A stretch of 64,000 nt of DNA, from contig NC_043015.1 in NCBI RefSeq assembly GCF_006345805.1, forward strand, positions 5,456,001 to 5,520,000, given 5' to 3'. The notes beneath the pieces are model-generated. The model was not told where the DNA came from. It did not search any database and was given only the letters and a program-made list of their open reading frames with translations. Origin of the DNA: Octopus sinensis. Taxonomy: Eukaryota. The position numbers were made by a program, and so were the translations under genes. Below are positions 25,086-39,691 of the stretch, piece by piece; within the stretch, counting starts at the first letter, position 1; each line of letters begins with the position of its first letter.

Positions 25086-26479
25086 TATAAAAACACAACG
25101 AAAATGGACAGGGCGTAGAGCATTGGAATTAATGCCTGGACTAAGCATAAAAGACAATATGAATTATCGACAATAGAATATCTTTCATACATAAATTTTA
25201 TTGAGAAAATCCTTTACAGTCGAAAGAGGAAATAGCTGTAAAAGTTTTGATGAAATATGTACTAACGCAACGCTTATCACATACATACGACATATGATGG
25301 TACTACACCAAATCTGAAAACAATAAGAATTTTTGTTTATAAAATGACTATTAACGAGAACCTTATCACATACTTAGGTTCTGTTATATAAAACCGAAAC
25401 AGAGAACAATCTCACAGGCCAGTATATCGTTTTATAATTTTCGAAATAAAAACCTTACTTCACAGATGGGAAACTTGAAACTTGGGAAACAAGAGAAAAG
25501 AAAAGAAAAGGCGGGTATAACAGCAATCTCAATAATATTCTTTTGTAAATAATTAAAACAATGCAGCAAAAACTAATACGCATATATAGGCTTTCATACA
25601 GATAATATTACGACACTTTTACAGTGTTCATTGTAATATAAAACTTGGTAGATTATTAGCAAAACAAAACGTAAGGCAGAGATAAGACAAACAAAATATA
25701 CATAGAAACATACAACCACACGCTTACATACATACACATATACGTTTTATATCTATAGATATACACATGGAAACGCATACACACAGCCATACTTATATCT
25801 ATATACAGACACACGTAAACACACATGTTTTATATATGTAGATATTAAAAACATACAACTTTACATACACGTATAACACACACACGTATACATACACACT
25901 AGATCTCTTTCTCTCTCTTTCTTTCTCTCCTCCTCTTCCTCTCTCTCCTTCCTCCCTCACACACACACACGCACGCACACACACATATACACATGTATTC
26001 ATTTATGCACTATCCCTTTTAATGTGTCTAGTACCGGAGAGAAAGTGAGAAAGAAGATATGTGTGTGTGTGCTTGACATGTGTCTATGTGGCGGTGTATG
26101 AGTGTGATTGTGTGTTTGTGTGTATGTCTTAATTCGTGCGATTTTTGTGCGTGTGCGTGTGCGTGTCTATTGTTTGTGTGTGTTATTTAAGCCTTAACAT
26201 TCTGTTTACGACATATGTTGATCTAGATGATACGTACCTTAATGAATGCGTGTCCTTATCTGTCATGACTAGTAGAACATACATACGGATAAACACACGC
26301 ATATTTATACATACATAGACGCTCATACTTTCGCTTCAGTCGATTGTGGAATATTTGAGAATGTGGAGGGATGAGGAGGAGGATAAACTGAAGAAAATAG
26401 TAAATGAAAAACAGGAACAAGTGAAGAAGTAAAGAAGTGGATGAAGAAAAAGAAGAAAAGAAGAAGAAAACGACAACAT

Positions 26480-26620
26480 CAACAACAGCAGCAGCATCAG
26501 CATGATGACGATGATGACGATAATGATGACGATAATGACGATGATGATGATGATGATGATGATGACGATGATGATGATGATGATGATGATGACGACGATG
26601 ACGATGATGATGATGATGAA
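26480..26620. repeat. (CAG)/(GAT)/(GAC) trinucleotide microsatellite
   Basis: Directly visible; source of the poly-D and poly-H ORFs. Confidence 0.95.
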
Positions 26621-26854
26621 GATGTGGTGCTGGTCGTGCAGGATGAAGAGTGGAGGAGGAGCAGGAACCTATTAGGAAATGAATGTGTAGTACCATCCTG
26701 GATATGCTGTCATAGTCACACATTGTTATATATATATATATTGGCCTGCTCGCTTAGCCAGCGAGGTGGCGTCATTCCAAGGCTAAAAACAATGCGAAGC
26801 GCATTGTGACCAGCGACGTTTAGCAACATCTGATATCCTTGCCGGTCACGTGAT

Positions 26855-26893
<39 letters not shown>

Positions 26894-26898
<5 letters not shown>

Positions 26899-27127
26899 CT
26901 TTACGACCCACAAGGGGTTAAACACAGAGGGGACAAATAAGGACAGACAAACGGATTAAGTCGATTACATCGACCCCCTGTGCGTAACTGGTACTTAATT
27001 TATCGACCCCGAAAGGATGAAAGGCAAAGTCGACCTCGGCGGAATTTGAACCCAGAACGTAACGGCAGACGAAATACGGCTACGCATTTCGCCCGGCGTG
27101 CTAACGTTTCTGCCAGCTCACCGCCTT
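26894..27127 (-). mobile_element. tRNA-derived SINE family C monomer
   Basis: Head AAGGCGGTGAGCTGGCAGAAACGTTAGCACG, B-box GGGTTCAAATTCC, body GGTCGACTTTGCCTTTCATCCTTTCGGGGTCGATAAATTAAGTACCAG; ends GTAAAGAAATA. Confidence 0.9.
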
Positions 27128-27142
27128 ATATATGTCATTAAA

Positions 27143-27362
27143 TATTGGTTTCAATCTTTGGCATGAGTCCTGCAATTTGGGAATAGTTGTTAAGTCGATT
27201 ACAACTAGCCCAGTGTTAAACTAGTACTTATTCTCTCGACTCCGAAAAAGTGACACGCCACGTTGATTTCGTTGGGACATTTGAATTCAAAAGGCAAAGA
27301 CGGTCGAAATGACGCAAAACATTTTTCCCGTCGGGCTAATTGTTCTGACAGCTCGTCGCCTT
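27143..27362 (-). mobile_element. Older SINE family C relative with a different tail
   Basis: Diverged head AAGGCGACGAGCTGTCAGAA..GAATTCAAATGTCC; tail CCCAAATTGCAGGACTCATGCCAAAGATTGAAACCAATA. Confidence 0.75.
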
Positions 27363-29981
27363 AATGCTATTAAATATACGGAGGAATCGAGCAGATTTAT
27401 TGTAGAAGATTTTTATGCTCTCCCTTGAAGATTTGTCCAAGCAGAGCTAATGAATTACTTTTATCTACTTCTTAGTGACAATTACTGCTTCCATAGCGTC
27501 CTAACCTTTGATTCCATAGCGTCCTAACCTTTGCATGCCGGGCTTACTTTGGTACTTGTGTCGCAGTTGCAGGCGAAAGTTTCTGTTTGAACCTGATATT
27601 AATTGCTATATTATCATTACGATCTATACAAGGAACCTTTATAAGAAATTGAATGTGTTATCGTTGTACAAATTAAGATGTGGAGGGGATTTAATAATAC
27701 CTGTTAAATTCGTGTGTATTTCAGATTAAGTCACACTAATTTACACTAAGATTCCCTACATGAGCTCATATTTAAATACGAAAAGCCCCTAACTCATGCT
27801 ATTTTTCTAGTTCATGATGTTACTTAGAAGTCGTCAAACTCCGTAATTAAAAGAAAAATAATAACATCACTCTAGCCATTTAGAGCATCAGCACGGAGGA
27901 GATTTATTGAGAAAGTCCTTCACAGTCGAAAGAGGAAATAGCTGTAAAACTTTTGATGAAATATGTACTAACGCAACGCTTAAGTCACACTAATTTACAC
28001 TAAGATTCCCTACATGAGCTCATATTTAAATACGAAAAGCTCCTAACTCGTGCTATTTTTCTAGTACATGATGTTATTTGATGTGCATGCAATGAAATTA
28101 TCTAATGATATTCTACGCAAAATGACTTTCATAAGATACAGTAAATTCCTTATACTTTCTCGCCTACAAGTCTACATTTTCTACCAAACATCCCTGCTTT
28201 CCAAGAGCCCCGACTGGCAAATTCTGTAAACTTAAGAGTCATAAAATCCTGCCTCTACCTGTAAGGAGAAAATTGTGAAAGTAATCTAAGTTGTTGCTTA
28301 TGCTGTAGATATTATTAACTCTATTACAGAATTCATTCTTACATTAACCACGAATTCCTTTGATGGACCTTTCAATCTTCGTTGTGTCTATGCGGCTACA
28401 AAGACTGATTGTAGTGTTTCTGACATTAGAGAATATTTCCGCGCCTAAATGAAGAAACGCACTGAACAGGTTTCAGAAAAATAGTTTAACATCATAATAA
28501 ATACTGATGCTGAAACTAAGCACGATTTAACTTCCTGAGGTGATGTCATTCTAGAGATTTACGCCCAAGATAGAATCAAAACACATACTCAGGGACTAAA
28601 CCTCATCAAAGATTACTTGTAGGACAGAGATAGAGAAAGCGCAATACTAGACTACTTCTCGGGAATCGTTTGGTTAATAGAACACAATGAAACAGATTAT
28701 GACACAAGTAATTTTGCCTGCCTGGATTTATCTCCGTAATGCAACTAAATAGTTTCTCAGGGAGACAATGAAGCCAATGTGAAAAAAGAAAACATATCCC
28801 TGAATTATCAATTTAAAAAATGGGCGAAGATGAAAGCTATGACAAAGTTGGCCACAAGCTTTTGTCCATCAGGCTTTACCAAGATTCTAACAACAACTTC
28901 AACAATTTAAGTTACATTTTCATTGATGCTACCTCTTAATCTAAAACTCATCATTTCCAGTGATCACTGCGTATTATACAAATAGAAAGTAATAACTTAC
29001 AAGCTAGCAAACAACCTACTTGAAATATATTATTACGTTAATATAATATTTACGTTAATAACCTGTTGTAATTAATGACCTTATTCCAGTTCAGCTGTTA
29101 TTTCACAACATATGAAATCATATGAAATGCTCAATATTCGCTAATATTTCTATGCTGATACATAGCGTATCAAATTATACAAAGTGTAATAATGTTTTAA
29201 CGCCGTAGAATATGAATGGAGAGAGATGTGATTGATGTTTCTAGCAGTTTGAACGCTCCGGTTGTATTACTTCAGGAAACGGTTGTAAAGTTGTAGAGTT
29301 GAAATGTCAGGAATGATGATTTCGTTCATATTAATTCTAGATTATTAATCTGGAAGCAGAAGATAGATTTATTCTGCAATGCCTTAGAGGATGAATATTA
29401 AATGTATTCGAGTTGAGGAAATTTGTGTGGAAACTTCAGCCTGTTAATCTTTGACTAACAAGGGCGCCTCTACTTGGATACACAAGATTATCAGAAATAG
29501 AACCGAAATCTAATTGAAAACAGAAAGTTACAGCTAAAATGCGAGATTATATATATAAGGTGGGATTATATATATTAATCTTAGATGCCGATAAAAATAT
29601 CGTGATGATCGCAACAGAAGCACCGGCGATCATAGGTCTGATAGGAAAAAACTGACTTCAGGAACATCAAAGACAAAATCAAAACAAGTAAAACTGTGAA
29701 CCCTCTCTATCATCTTCCTTAAGCAATTCCTCTTGTTGATTGTATGAAGATATATGACATGAAGGAAATGATATATTATGTTGAAACCTAAATCCATTCG
29801 TCATCATTAGTAAAGAATGCAGTCACAAACACATCATTTATAATGTATAACTTCACTGTCAGAAAAGTAAAATATATACTTCATCACTTGTTCTTTATCA
29901 TTGTGATGAAACTGAAAGAGACAAAGTGACACGTGCTTTTTCTTCTACGATTACATGATAATTTTTGTTTTGCAAATCTAC

Positions 29982-30037
<56 letters not shown>

Positions 30038-30172
30038 AATGATTGATGTTGAAATGCTAGCTGTTATTGTCACAATGGTGGCACCTTCAAAATTCTTAAG
30101 GATATGTGTATATACATGAATATACAAACATTCTTGTACACATACACACACGCAAACACACTCATACACATT

Positions 30173-30209
<37 letters not shown>

Positions 30210-30216
30210 ATCTATA

Positions 30217-30256
<40 letters not shown>

Positions 30257-30318
30257 GATAAAGAGATAAAAAGATAGATTCATAGGCAAACGTAAATATA
30301 TGCACATATATATATATG

Positions 30319-30350
<32 letters not shown>

Positions 30351-31229
30351 TAAAAGTAATGTATATATATATATACATATATGTACATGTATATATGTAT
30401 ATAAATGCCGATGTGTCTGTGTGCTTGTGCATGTGTGTGTGTTCTCCTTTAGTGAGCGTGTGTGTATACACATACACGCTCACAAAAAGAGAAATTTAAA
30501 GAAATGTTTCATGACAACTAACCTACAGAATGCAGTGCTCTCAGTCCGTTGATACTTAAGTAATAACATATACGTACATTCATGCAAACGCTTTCTTGCG
30601 TATGCGCACACACGCACACAAGTACACTCGGGAGCACACACACTTCCATACCTGCTATGTTTCTCTATTAGTAGGCTTTGCCATTTTATTCATGCTGGTT
30701 CCCTTCCTACTTGCCAAAGTCTTAGTTTTCACTAAGTTTACTACAAAGCATACTGCTCAATGTCTATGATTTGCTTCTAGATATTTGTTCTGAAAATGTT
30801 CCACGAACTCTACGATTTGATCTACATCATAGGTACATAATATTTCACACGGTCAACGAGTCTTAAATTACTCTGTTTTGGTATGAGGGATTACAATAAT
30901 TTGTTTGAATCTGCGTATCGAGTACATTTAATCACTTGTTTGCATTGAAACTTCCGGTCTAAAATCGTTGCCAAACCTCACTATTCTCATGGTATCTGAG
31001 TCCATAATTTTCCATGCTCACAATGGCATTCGCAAATATTTTATTGAAGAGCTATTCTCGAGCAATTTTAGATCAACAAATGATAGGTAAAGAATCTTAC
31101 ACCTGGGAAAAAAACACTTGTAATTGTCTCCCTAAGAAGAGAGCTGGAATTCCGTAATTTTCTAGGACACATAAGAAACGCCCTCGTCTTATATGATTCT
31201 GTCTTTAATCATTGTATACACACACACAG

Positions 31230-31316
<87 letters not shown>

Positions 31317-31609
31317 TATTAATGATGCAATTGAACCAAATGTTAACATTAATGGGGACAACCAATGATCTATATAACCCATCCTCTAGCCAACGAAGAT
31401 AAACTCTGATGGCTTAATCCATTATGATCCTATGCATAACCCACCTATCTTTGTTGCTAGTATAGCAAGTTATGTTAATGTTAACGACATTAGAAATAAT
31501 AATACTCCCTCTGGTAGTATTTTTACGAAGATTGATAACATCTAAGATGGTAATTCTATAGGGCATAATAGTAGTGAAAGTATTTCTCATTATAACATTT
31601 AAATCATGG

Positions 31610-32070
31610 CCAAAAATAGATGCATTTACTTGGAGGAAAATGTATGCCCACTTCTAGTCACTGTATGACGGAAAGTGTAGTTTACATATGTAATGTGAGG
31701 ACAGAACATGCTACTTATATTTTATATAGGTCGCTCCGGAAAATTAACGGAACGATTATGTAACCATTTATCGTCCTTTAAATTAAGACACAGTGCAGTT
31801 AGATCATTATTAGCCACGACGATTTGGGAGATTAAATATGATAGTGCTAGATTCAATATAAAATGGGACATAATCAAGGTGGCAAAACCATATACGAACT
31901 GCAGAAACTTGTGCAGACTATGCAGTATGGAGTTGAATGAAATATTGAAATGTTGGAATAGTGAAAATTTGATTAATAATAAATTAGACTTTCATCTATC
32001 ATTTATCCATAAATTAAGCCGTACTTTTGAACATCCACAGACTAAACATTTAATGTCATTCTAGATCTTT
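31610..32070 (+). mobile_element. PLE GIY-YIG endonuclease C-terminal fragment (Neptune-like signature)
   Basis: Translates as ..NVCPL.SHCMTESVVYICNV..FYIGRSG..ERLCNHLSSFK..LLATTIWEIK..NIKWDIIKVAKPY..CRLCSMELNEIL..LINNK, matching CPL..C...SVVY..YIG..R..NH..SF..IW.LK..I.W.I..CxLC..E..LLN. Confidence 0.75.
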
Positions 32071-32752
32071 TGATGGTCACTATAGCTTTATGTTCTTTCT
32101 CTCATTCCAAGCCAGCTTGGGCTGAAGTCAAGCTGTGTTCCGATTGTGGTCATAGATTGGTCTTCTATTGTTTGAAATTCTATGTATCATCTGTTGATAA
32201 CTGTTCTTTGTTATGATGTAATGTATTCATTCATCTTCTTAAAATGCGTTATAAATAGTTGTAGTTAACTGACATTAGTCATCCGTTCTTTTATATATAT
32301 ATATATATGTATTTTAAATTTGTTTCCTGGTAAACTCTTGTTTATTCTGTTATTACCTGTATCATATGAGCATAGTATGGTTGCATACCCATGCCCAGAG
32401 TTACCATAGGTAATTCATACCGACAACTATAACGGATATCCTTATCTCTTACACGTTTATTCCAACCGCTAACTCTCATTACCTCATATATATGTATACA
32501 TATATATGTACTGAGAATGGACTAAACAGAGCTGGAAGAGTCACGTGCGATGGAAGATTCATTTAAGAGAATACAGGTGTGTGAAGAAAGATATTTAGAC
32601 AATGGACGTACACTAATAACAATAGTACACAAGTGGAGACCGAATATGTAGTGCGTGTGTTTATTTAGCAAGAACAAAATGATCATCCTGAAATATAGCA
32701 ATATAAATAAATAAATATATATATATATATATACAAACATGCACACACACAC

Positions 32753-32822
<70 letters not shown>

Positions 32823-35319
32823 AGGTGAATGGTGCAACAAACATGAAAAAAGTTGTATGTATACTTATATAGATATACATACGTAGATATACATACATAC
32901 AGCTTTCCGGTCTGTTGACGTAAACCCTGTTTTCAGGTATCCGCACATGAGAATTATCTCCTGCTACGGCAATATCAACTGACCTTCACGTTCCCCATAA
33001 TTTTCATTATATCCGTTATGGTGTATCAAAATTGCATCTACTTCTCTATAAACTTAAGGACGTTATTGATCGTGACCTATCAGAGACTTTAGGTACGTAA
33101 CAAATGTTTACATAATTCCTGTAAATTATTTCGTCAGAATGATCTATAAGAAAATTAGGATGCCAGAATTAATTAGCTCTACACATATTCACTGTTTAGA
33201 TTCTTCTTTCATTTTTCCGAAGATTCCTTCTCAGTATTTTCACTGCTTCTTATATTTGTCAGTAGTTTGTAAATATTTGATTCAATCTCATTAATAAAAC
33301 CGTTCCCACGTTTTGGACAGGTGTAGAATACAACGTTATAATATATTTATTAAGGAAGCTTCTAAAATATCATATCTTTACATATTCGCTAAATATTTCT
33401 GAAAGAGACTAGAATTTTGAGATTGTCTCCATAACACTAATCAAGTCGAAATACTTATTCAATAATATGTCTTAGAAGATCAGGTAATTAAAAATCTTTG
33501 CTTTTTTTTTGTCGTTGTTTGCATATTTATTCTTTTATTCCCTTATTGCCCGAATATGGCCAAAGTGTGCCACAGACAAATATCTACAGTAAGTGGGAGC
33601 AAAGATCGTCACATACTTTATGGATAATGCATATTTAATAGCTTTCAGGGCCGGTGATATATACGTGGATACGGAAATGATACATGATGTAGGTTCTTTT
33701 ATACTGAACAGTAAAGTTTTATATTTCTATTTCGTTTCAGAAATAGTTATATTTAGAGCAAACAGCATGAGGTGAGGAAGATAAGTTAGAACCTTTACTT
33801 AAGCTATACACACTTATTCCATATGTTATATGCATGTATATATGATTGGCAAAATATATTTTCGAGTCAATGGGAACGAAACCCGAGCCTATTTTCTGGA
33901 GTGGTATCTATTTGCACTCGGGAGAATAGATCACACGAGCAAATTGGGAATTATATGTTATTTTACTGTAATTTCACAATTAATTACAATGAACTTTAAA
34001 GAAATATCCGTAGATCTATCCTCTCCCACGCACTGTGTCGAAACTACAACGAGCAGAGAGCGAATGTCAGATCGCATACCATGCTAAATGCATCGATTAA
34101 CTCTACTTTAAATTATACCCTACAAAGTTCCGAAATAAATTAATTGTGTGAATGGTTTTGTTATACGGCGCCGTATTTTACAATCCTGTAAATAATAATA
34201 ATGGTATTTTATATTAGCTTAAAGCGATCACTGTGCGATGACTAATGAAAATAGTCTAATAACGGGGCATATAAGCAGTTGACAGAAAAAAAGAAACATT
34301 TCTTATCACCGTGGGACTCGAAACCGCATTCATTTGTTCACGCGACTAATTGTGTTACATTTAAACCAGCACATTAGCCTCCCTGCTTCTATCAAATTAA
34401 GAACTATATTAGTTCGAAACTTTCTATATGCTTTTGGTGCGAAGTTATGTTATACGGCTGGTATTTTATATAAGCTTAAATCTTATGGCGATCAACCTGC
34501 AGCGAACGACTAATAAAAAGGAATTGAATAATGTTGTCCTTCAAACATTTTGCTAGGAATAATATAGAGTCACATTTGAAATTTTTGGAATATATGTTTG
34601 TATATTGAGTTTGATTTGCGAAAAAAGAACAAGTGATTCGAACTCATTTGAACTCACAAGTGGCATCCAAATCTTAGACAAATGCCTGCAGTCTTAAGAA
34701 ATGTAAAAGACACATTATTTAGACATGATTGAACGTTACTTAGAGTATAGTTCTGTCCTGTTAGGCGGTGATATATAGCAATGAGTGATACAGCTATAAA
34801 GATTATATGACTTCGTTCCTAATATTGGATGGAGCTAAGTAAATTTAGATAACAGATATTGCCATTTACAGATAATTATTATCAATGATCATTTAAAATA
34901 TATGCTGACTGTGCTCTACTTGGATCGTGTGTTTTAACAGCATAAGCATAAAAACGTTTTCAACGAATTTTTTTCTCTCGTTTTCGTATATAATTTTGTT
35001 ATTTATTTAATCAATATGAGATTATAAAATTTCACTGACTTCCTTTTCATTCAATAGATTTAGAAATACGTCAGCATTTTTCTTCAATCAGATGATAAAA
35101 CATATTCTCACATGCTGAAGAACAGAATTAAGAATAGAAATTCATGACATTATATATTAAAAAAAGACATTTTATTCAGTGTAAATGAAAAGAAAATGCA
35201 TGACAATATAAGAATGAATAGTTGCTTGATATCACCAGATATATCTATTGAATCAATTATATTTAAACTATGAACTATTAAATAAGTGAGTTAATAAATA
35301 TAGCTACTACGCACAGACG

Positions 35320-35510
35320 CTATGATAAATCGTTAGCTACTACACTCACAGACGCCATGATAGATCGTTAGCTACTACACACATGTTTTCTCTCCTTGTT
35401 TTTTTCTGTGTGTCTTTCTGTAGAAGAGCGTAGGCTCGAAACGTAAAATACTTTTTCTATTCCTGAGCGCTATATTAATACATCTGTTTGTTTGTACACC
35501 ACCTGGCCAT
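35320..35510 (+). mobile_element. PLE-type tail with a variant hammerhead, preceded by a ~35-bp tandem repeat
   Basis: GTCTTT-CTGTAGA-A-GAGC-GTAG-GCTC-GAAA-CGTA-AAATAC at 35412-35451, followed by TTCCTGAGCG as in the 45430-45665 element. Confidence 0.65.
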
Positions 35511-36829
35511 TGATAAAATGTTTTTCCCGAAAAAATTTTTATCCTACATTAGTTATATATATATATATATATATATTGTATAAAGAAATCGGGTGAGGCC
35601 AGAACAATGTGAATTAAATGCAAAGCAAATCACAAGAAAACAAATATATGAATTAATGTACACTTACCTTGCACTCAATATTTCGGTGTTATGACACCAT
35701 TTTCAAGAAAATAATGAATAATGCCGATGTTCGTGTGCGTGAGCGTGTGTGCAGTGGACATGCGAGGAAAGTTGCTATACCAAGCAGCAAGCTTCCTGTA
35801 ACTCTCTTCTGTTGTTGATATTTGATTTCTGTTGGTGTGTAATGATGTCTTCAGTGATTCTATGGCTGCATATGTTCCGCCATGTTGCCCTGATGTGCAT
35901 TCTGAATTCCTGGGTCTGTCATTTTCGCACATGTTTCTTTACGGAACCTCCGTGACTGAAGTGTCTGCCTGCATGAGTTCCTTTATGCGTATATGCAGTT
36001 TTTCTTGTACTTCTTATGTTGTATACGAGACCATATATGGCAAATATGGCGCATTCGGCCTAGGATTCACAGCAAAAAGTTGCATATACCCAGACCATAC
36101 AGAGAAGGTATCACAGGCAGTGTAAGCGATAAAGCAGATTTTATAATTTGTAGATACGCAGGAGGAATATGCAGTAACAATTCACGTGATAAAGATGCGT
36201 TCAGCTCCCTTCTTGAATGTAGTAGGTAATATCTGTTATCTATGACATTTGTTGCAGAGGTGGAGTATGTTCTGAATTTGTAGTAGTCATAGTAACATTT
36301 CGCTAGTCAAATTTCAGACAGATACATCCTCTGATGGGTGTTAAGGTTATTTTGTTTGATACAGGTGTACAAACTGTAATGGTCATTGTTACTGAGAGGT
36401 GATCCCAGAATGCGGAGAAACTGTGCTGTGAAGAGAATGATGAAACAAGGTTTTTCCACTGGATTAGCAACAGGCATTTAAAGGGAAATTTGACAAGACA
36501 GTCAGTCGCCCGCTGACACACGTTGATGCTACATCGAAGAGGCCAGGGAAGAGAAGAAAGGAGGAGAAAGAAGACATGCACCCTGCACCAGAGCTGAAGA
36601 CACCTACGAAAGTGGGGGGCGCCACGTGAAAATGGTAGAGGAGTAGGGGCTGAAACCTGACGTGGTTCCTCCTGATGATGTCTTGAGATAACTGGATCCT
36701 ATAAAGGAGCTGTTTTGGTAGCAGGCAACGAAATACAGTTGAAATTCCTTCCTGTATGCATAATCGACAAACAACAAAAAGGTTGCGAGAAAAAAACTAG
36801 AAATATGAGAAATTATGTAGTATCAGATG

Positions 36830-36990
36830 AGACGACTGAGCTTGCTAAGGATTGTGATGCGTATGGACGAGGCTAGGTTTGTAAAGAAGAGCCGATTGTT
36901 TACGGAACCTGTTCAAGACGGAGATCAAGGATAACTTGAGAGGAGGTAGGGAAGGATTGTGATATGTTGTTAAACCTCGCGGAGATTACT
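36830..36990 (+). mobile_element. RTE-clade LINE C-terminal remnant
   Basis: RRLSLLRIVMRMDEARFVKKSRL resembles the RTE motif RRLRWYGHVMRMDE.R.VKKC. Confidence 0.5.
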
Positions 36991-38404
36991 ACTGGCATAA
37001 TCCCCCGGAAGGTTCTCTCCGTTATGTTAGCACTGAATAATAGCACTTCTGAAAGCATATTTGGTATTCACAAAATAGAGGTTGTATACATGTAGAATGT
37101 ATTCATAATTGAGTCCCACAGCCAGTGAGATTATCAAATCTACAGCTGATACTTCTTTCCCCCTTCATTCCACCCAGGAAATTGAGACAATTCTTACATT
37201 GCTTCCAATAATCATTCGTCCCTTATTCTTAACATCTTAAGCGCGTAACACGTATAAGATCTCCTATTTTGTCTCTGCCTTAAATGCGTCTCACTCACAT
37301 TTCTTTTTTGCAAATCCCTCAATCCGTCTATCATACATTTCTCTCATATCAAGAGAAAATACAATGGTAAATTTGATCCGAGGAGTTGAGCGTAAAATTT
37401 AACGATGAGCCAGCGTTTTGCAATGATAAACTTGAACTACACCCGCGCTTTCGACAACAATATGTAAAAGAATAATAAGAGAGTATCCCCTAGCTTTTCA
37501 ACCTGCTGGAAATACATGAAAACACATTTTTCAAGACATAGCTTTTATTTCCAAATAAGAAGTTGCTTATTTCATAACAATGACTGAGAAACTGTTAATC
37601 AGAAAAAATATTGGTATGATTTCAATTGAAGCATTTTTTATATAGGTGTGCTTTATGAGCGATGAAATGTGGGTTTGCAGCAAAATTGCTGCATATCTAC
37701 GAAGCGGACAACGAAATGTTATGAACATTTGGCAAATTACCAGAAAGTAACAGCCTATTGCCAAGACGAAGATTAACAAATGTATATTGAAATCACGGAT
37801 TTACATAAACTGGGATGGCGAAGGCTAGAGTTATTTGATCGTTCATCTAACGAATTAAGAATATTAAATGCAATTATTAAACGTATTCAGTAAACGAATA
37901 GGCTACGTAAGATATGAGATATCATAAGAACCTACGTGATAATATCCAGACAAATATTATTGACTAGGGAAGAGTTAACATCACGGAACGAATATAAAAT
38001 ACTTTGAATGGAAATTTCTTTCTGTTTTATTATAATGATACGGTTTTGAACGGTTTTGAAGACTTCCTCTTTACTCAGCTCTTCTAGAAATGTGAAGCCT
38101 TTAAAAAAATATAGGAAAACATGATGCATTTTTAAAGGCCGGATCTTTGAACATATTTAAGCAAAATAAAATATTTTATTGAAATTAAAAGAAAAAGAAA
38201 AATCACAAATACATATGAACAATTGTATAAAAACTGCGAAAAATAAATTGAAGAATAAGTACTTAACGTTTAAAGAGTAAATATGGAATTGCATTTTATT
38301 GAAGATTTTATCTTGCAACACGTGACGACTTGAGGCATATCTGAATTTTATTAATTCACCCGTACTAATAGTCCAAACTATCTGATTCAGCATAACCTGT
38401 TTAC

Positions 38405-38432
38405 TTGTGTGTGTGTATAAATGTATGTATGC

Positions 38433-38474
<42 letters not shown>

Positions 38475-38475
38475 T

Positions 38476-38529
<54 letters not shown>

Positions 38530-38591
38530 ATATATATATATATTATATATATTATATATATTATATATATTATATATATATATATATTATA

Positions 38592-38653
<62 letters not shown>

Positions 38654-38775
38654 AATATACATACATATATATATATGTATGCATGTATGTATATATATAT
38701 GTGCGTCTGTGTGTGTGTCTGTGTGTCTGTGTGTCTGTGTGTGTGTGTCTGTGTGTCTGTGTGTCTGTGTGTGTT
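38405..38775. repeat. Compound (TA)n / (GT/GTCT)n microsatellite
   Basis: Directly visible. Confidence 0.97.
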
Positions 38776-39336
38776 ACTGAATGGCATAAGGAACATTCTA
38801 CTGAAGTTGAACATCGTATCTGGCCATCACAGCATTTCGAACATTTACGATTCGATACATGCATTTACAACGAAAACAGGCGCAACATATTTAATCTTGT
38901 AAGTCATGACTATTAACTGACGGAAATTTTGGTTGCTACTTCAGTGAAATTTAGAAATTTACTTCGGAAAATTAATAACTATCATATTATTCCAGTAACA
39001 AGCGCCAGAAAAGTATTTTGCTCCTTACATTTTTATTGCTTGGACTAAAGTGGGAGAACTGGCAGTCTATGTAAAAGCAATATCAATACACGCTGTTGAT
39101 ATTAGCCTTGAAGTTGACTGCTTTGGTAAAACTTTCACATGGCAGGAACTGTGTCAAATCGCTGAGTAGCAAGGACTGCGATAAAGAAGCAAGTGCAGAG
39201 TTTAGATGTAGACTATATTTGCAGTGTGTCGGGGGAGGGCGGAGATTTATTGGAATGGAATTCAGCAATCATGCAACTAAGAGAAACAGGTGTTGCAGAA
39301 GGGAAAGTAGATCGAGGGGACCGTATATCTATGACT

Positions 39337-39691
39337 TGTGGAGGCGCAATGGCCCAGTGGTTAGGGCAGTGGACTCGCGGTTTCGATTTCCAGACCGGGC
39401 GTTGTGAGTGTTTATTGAGGAGACTCCGACAGGAGATGGTGATGATCACTGCTTTACTCTTTCACCACAACTTTCTCTCACTCTTACTTCCTGTTTCTGT
39501 TGTGCCTGTATTTCAAAGGGCCGGCCTTGTCACTCTCTGTGTCACGCTGAATATCCCCGAGAACTACGTTAAGGGTACACGTGTCTGTGGAGTGCTCAGC
39601 CAATTACACATTAATTTCACGAGCAGGCTGTTCCGTTGATTCGGATCAACCGGAACCCTCGTCGTCGTAACCGACGGAGTGCTTCCATCCC
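39337..39691 (+). mobile_element. SINE family B with a perfect 12-bp target-site duplication
   Basis: ATATCTATGACT at 39325-39336 and 39692-39703. The body is homologous to 7198-7585 with two internal deletions. Confidence 0.93.

Noticed and set aside
26256-26809. Poly-Asp / poly-His ORFs resembling a biomineralisation or metal-binding protein
   Set aside because: They come from a trinucleotide microsatellite flanked by other simple repeats, with no supported splice or domain context.
32185-32225. Possible hammerhead after the PLE GIY-YIG (CTGTTGA-TAAC..GTTA-TGA)
   Set aside because: GAAA is missing and stem I is only 3 bp, too degenerate to call.
35660-36600. GC-richer block with several 68-97 aa ORFs
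   Set aside because: No RT, endonuclease or host motif could be identified by eye; probably old retroelement debris and left unannotated.
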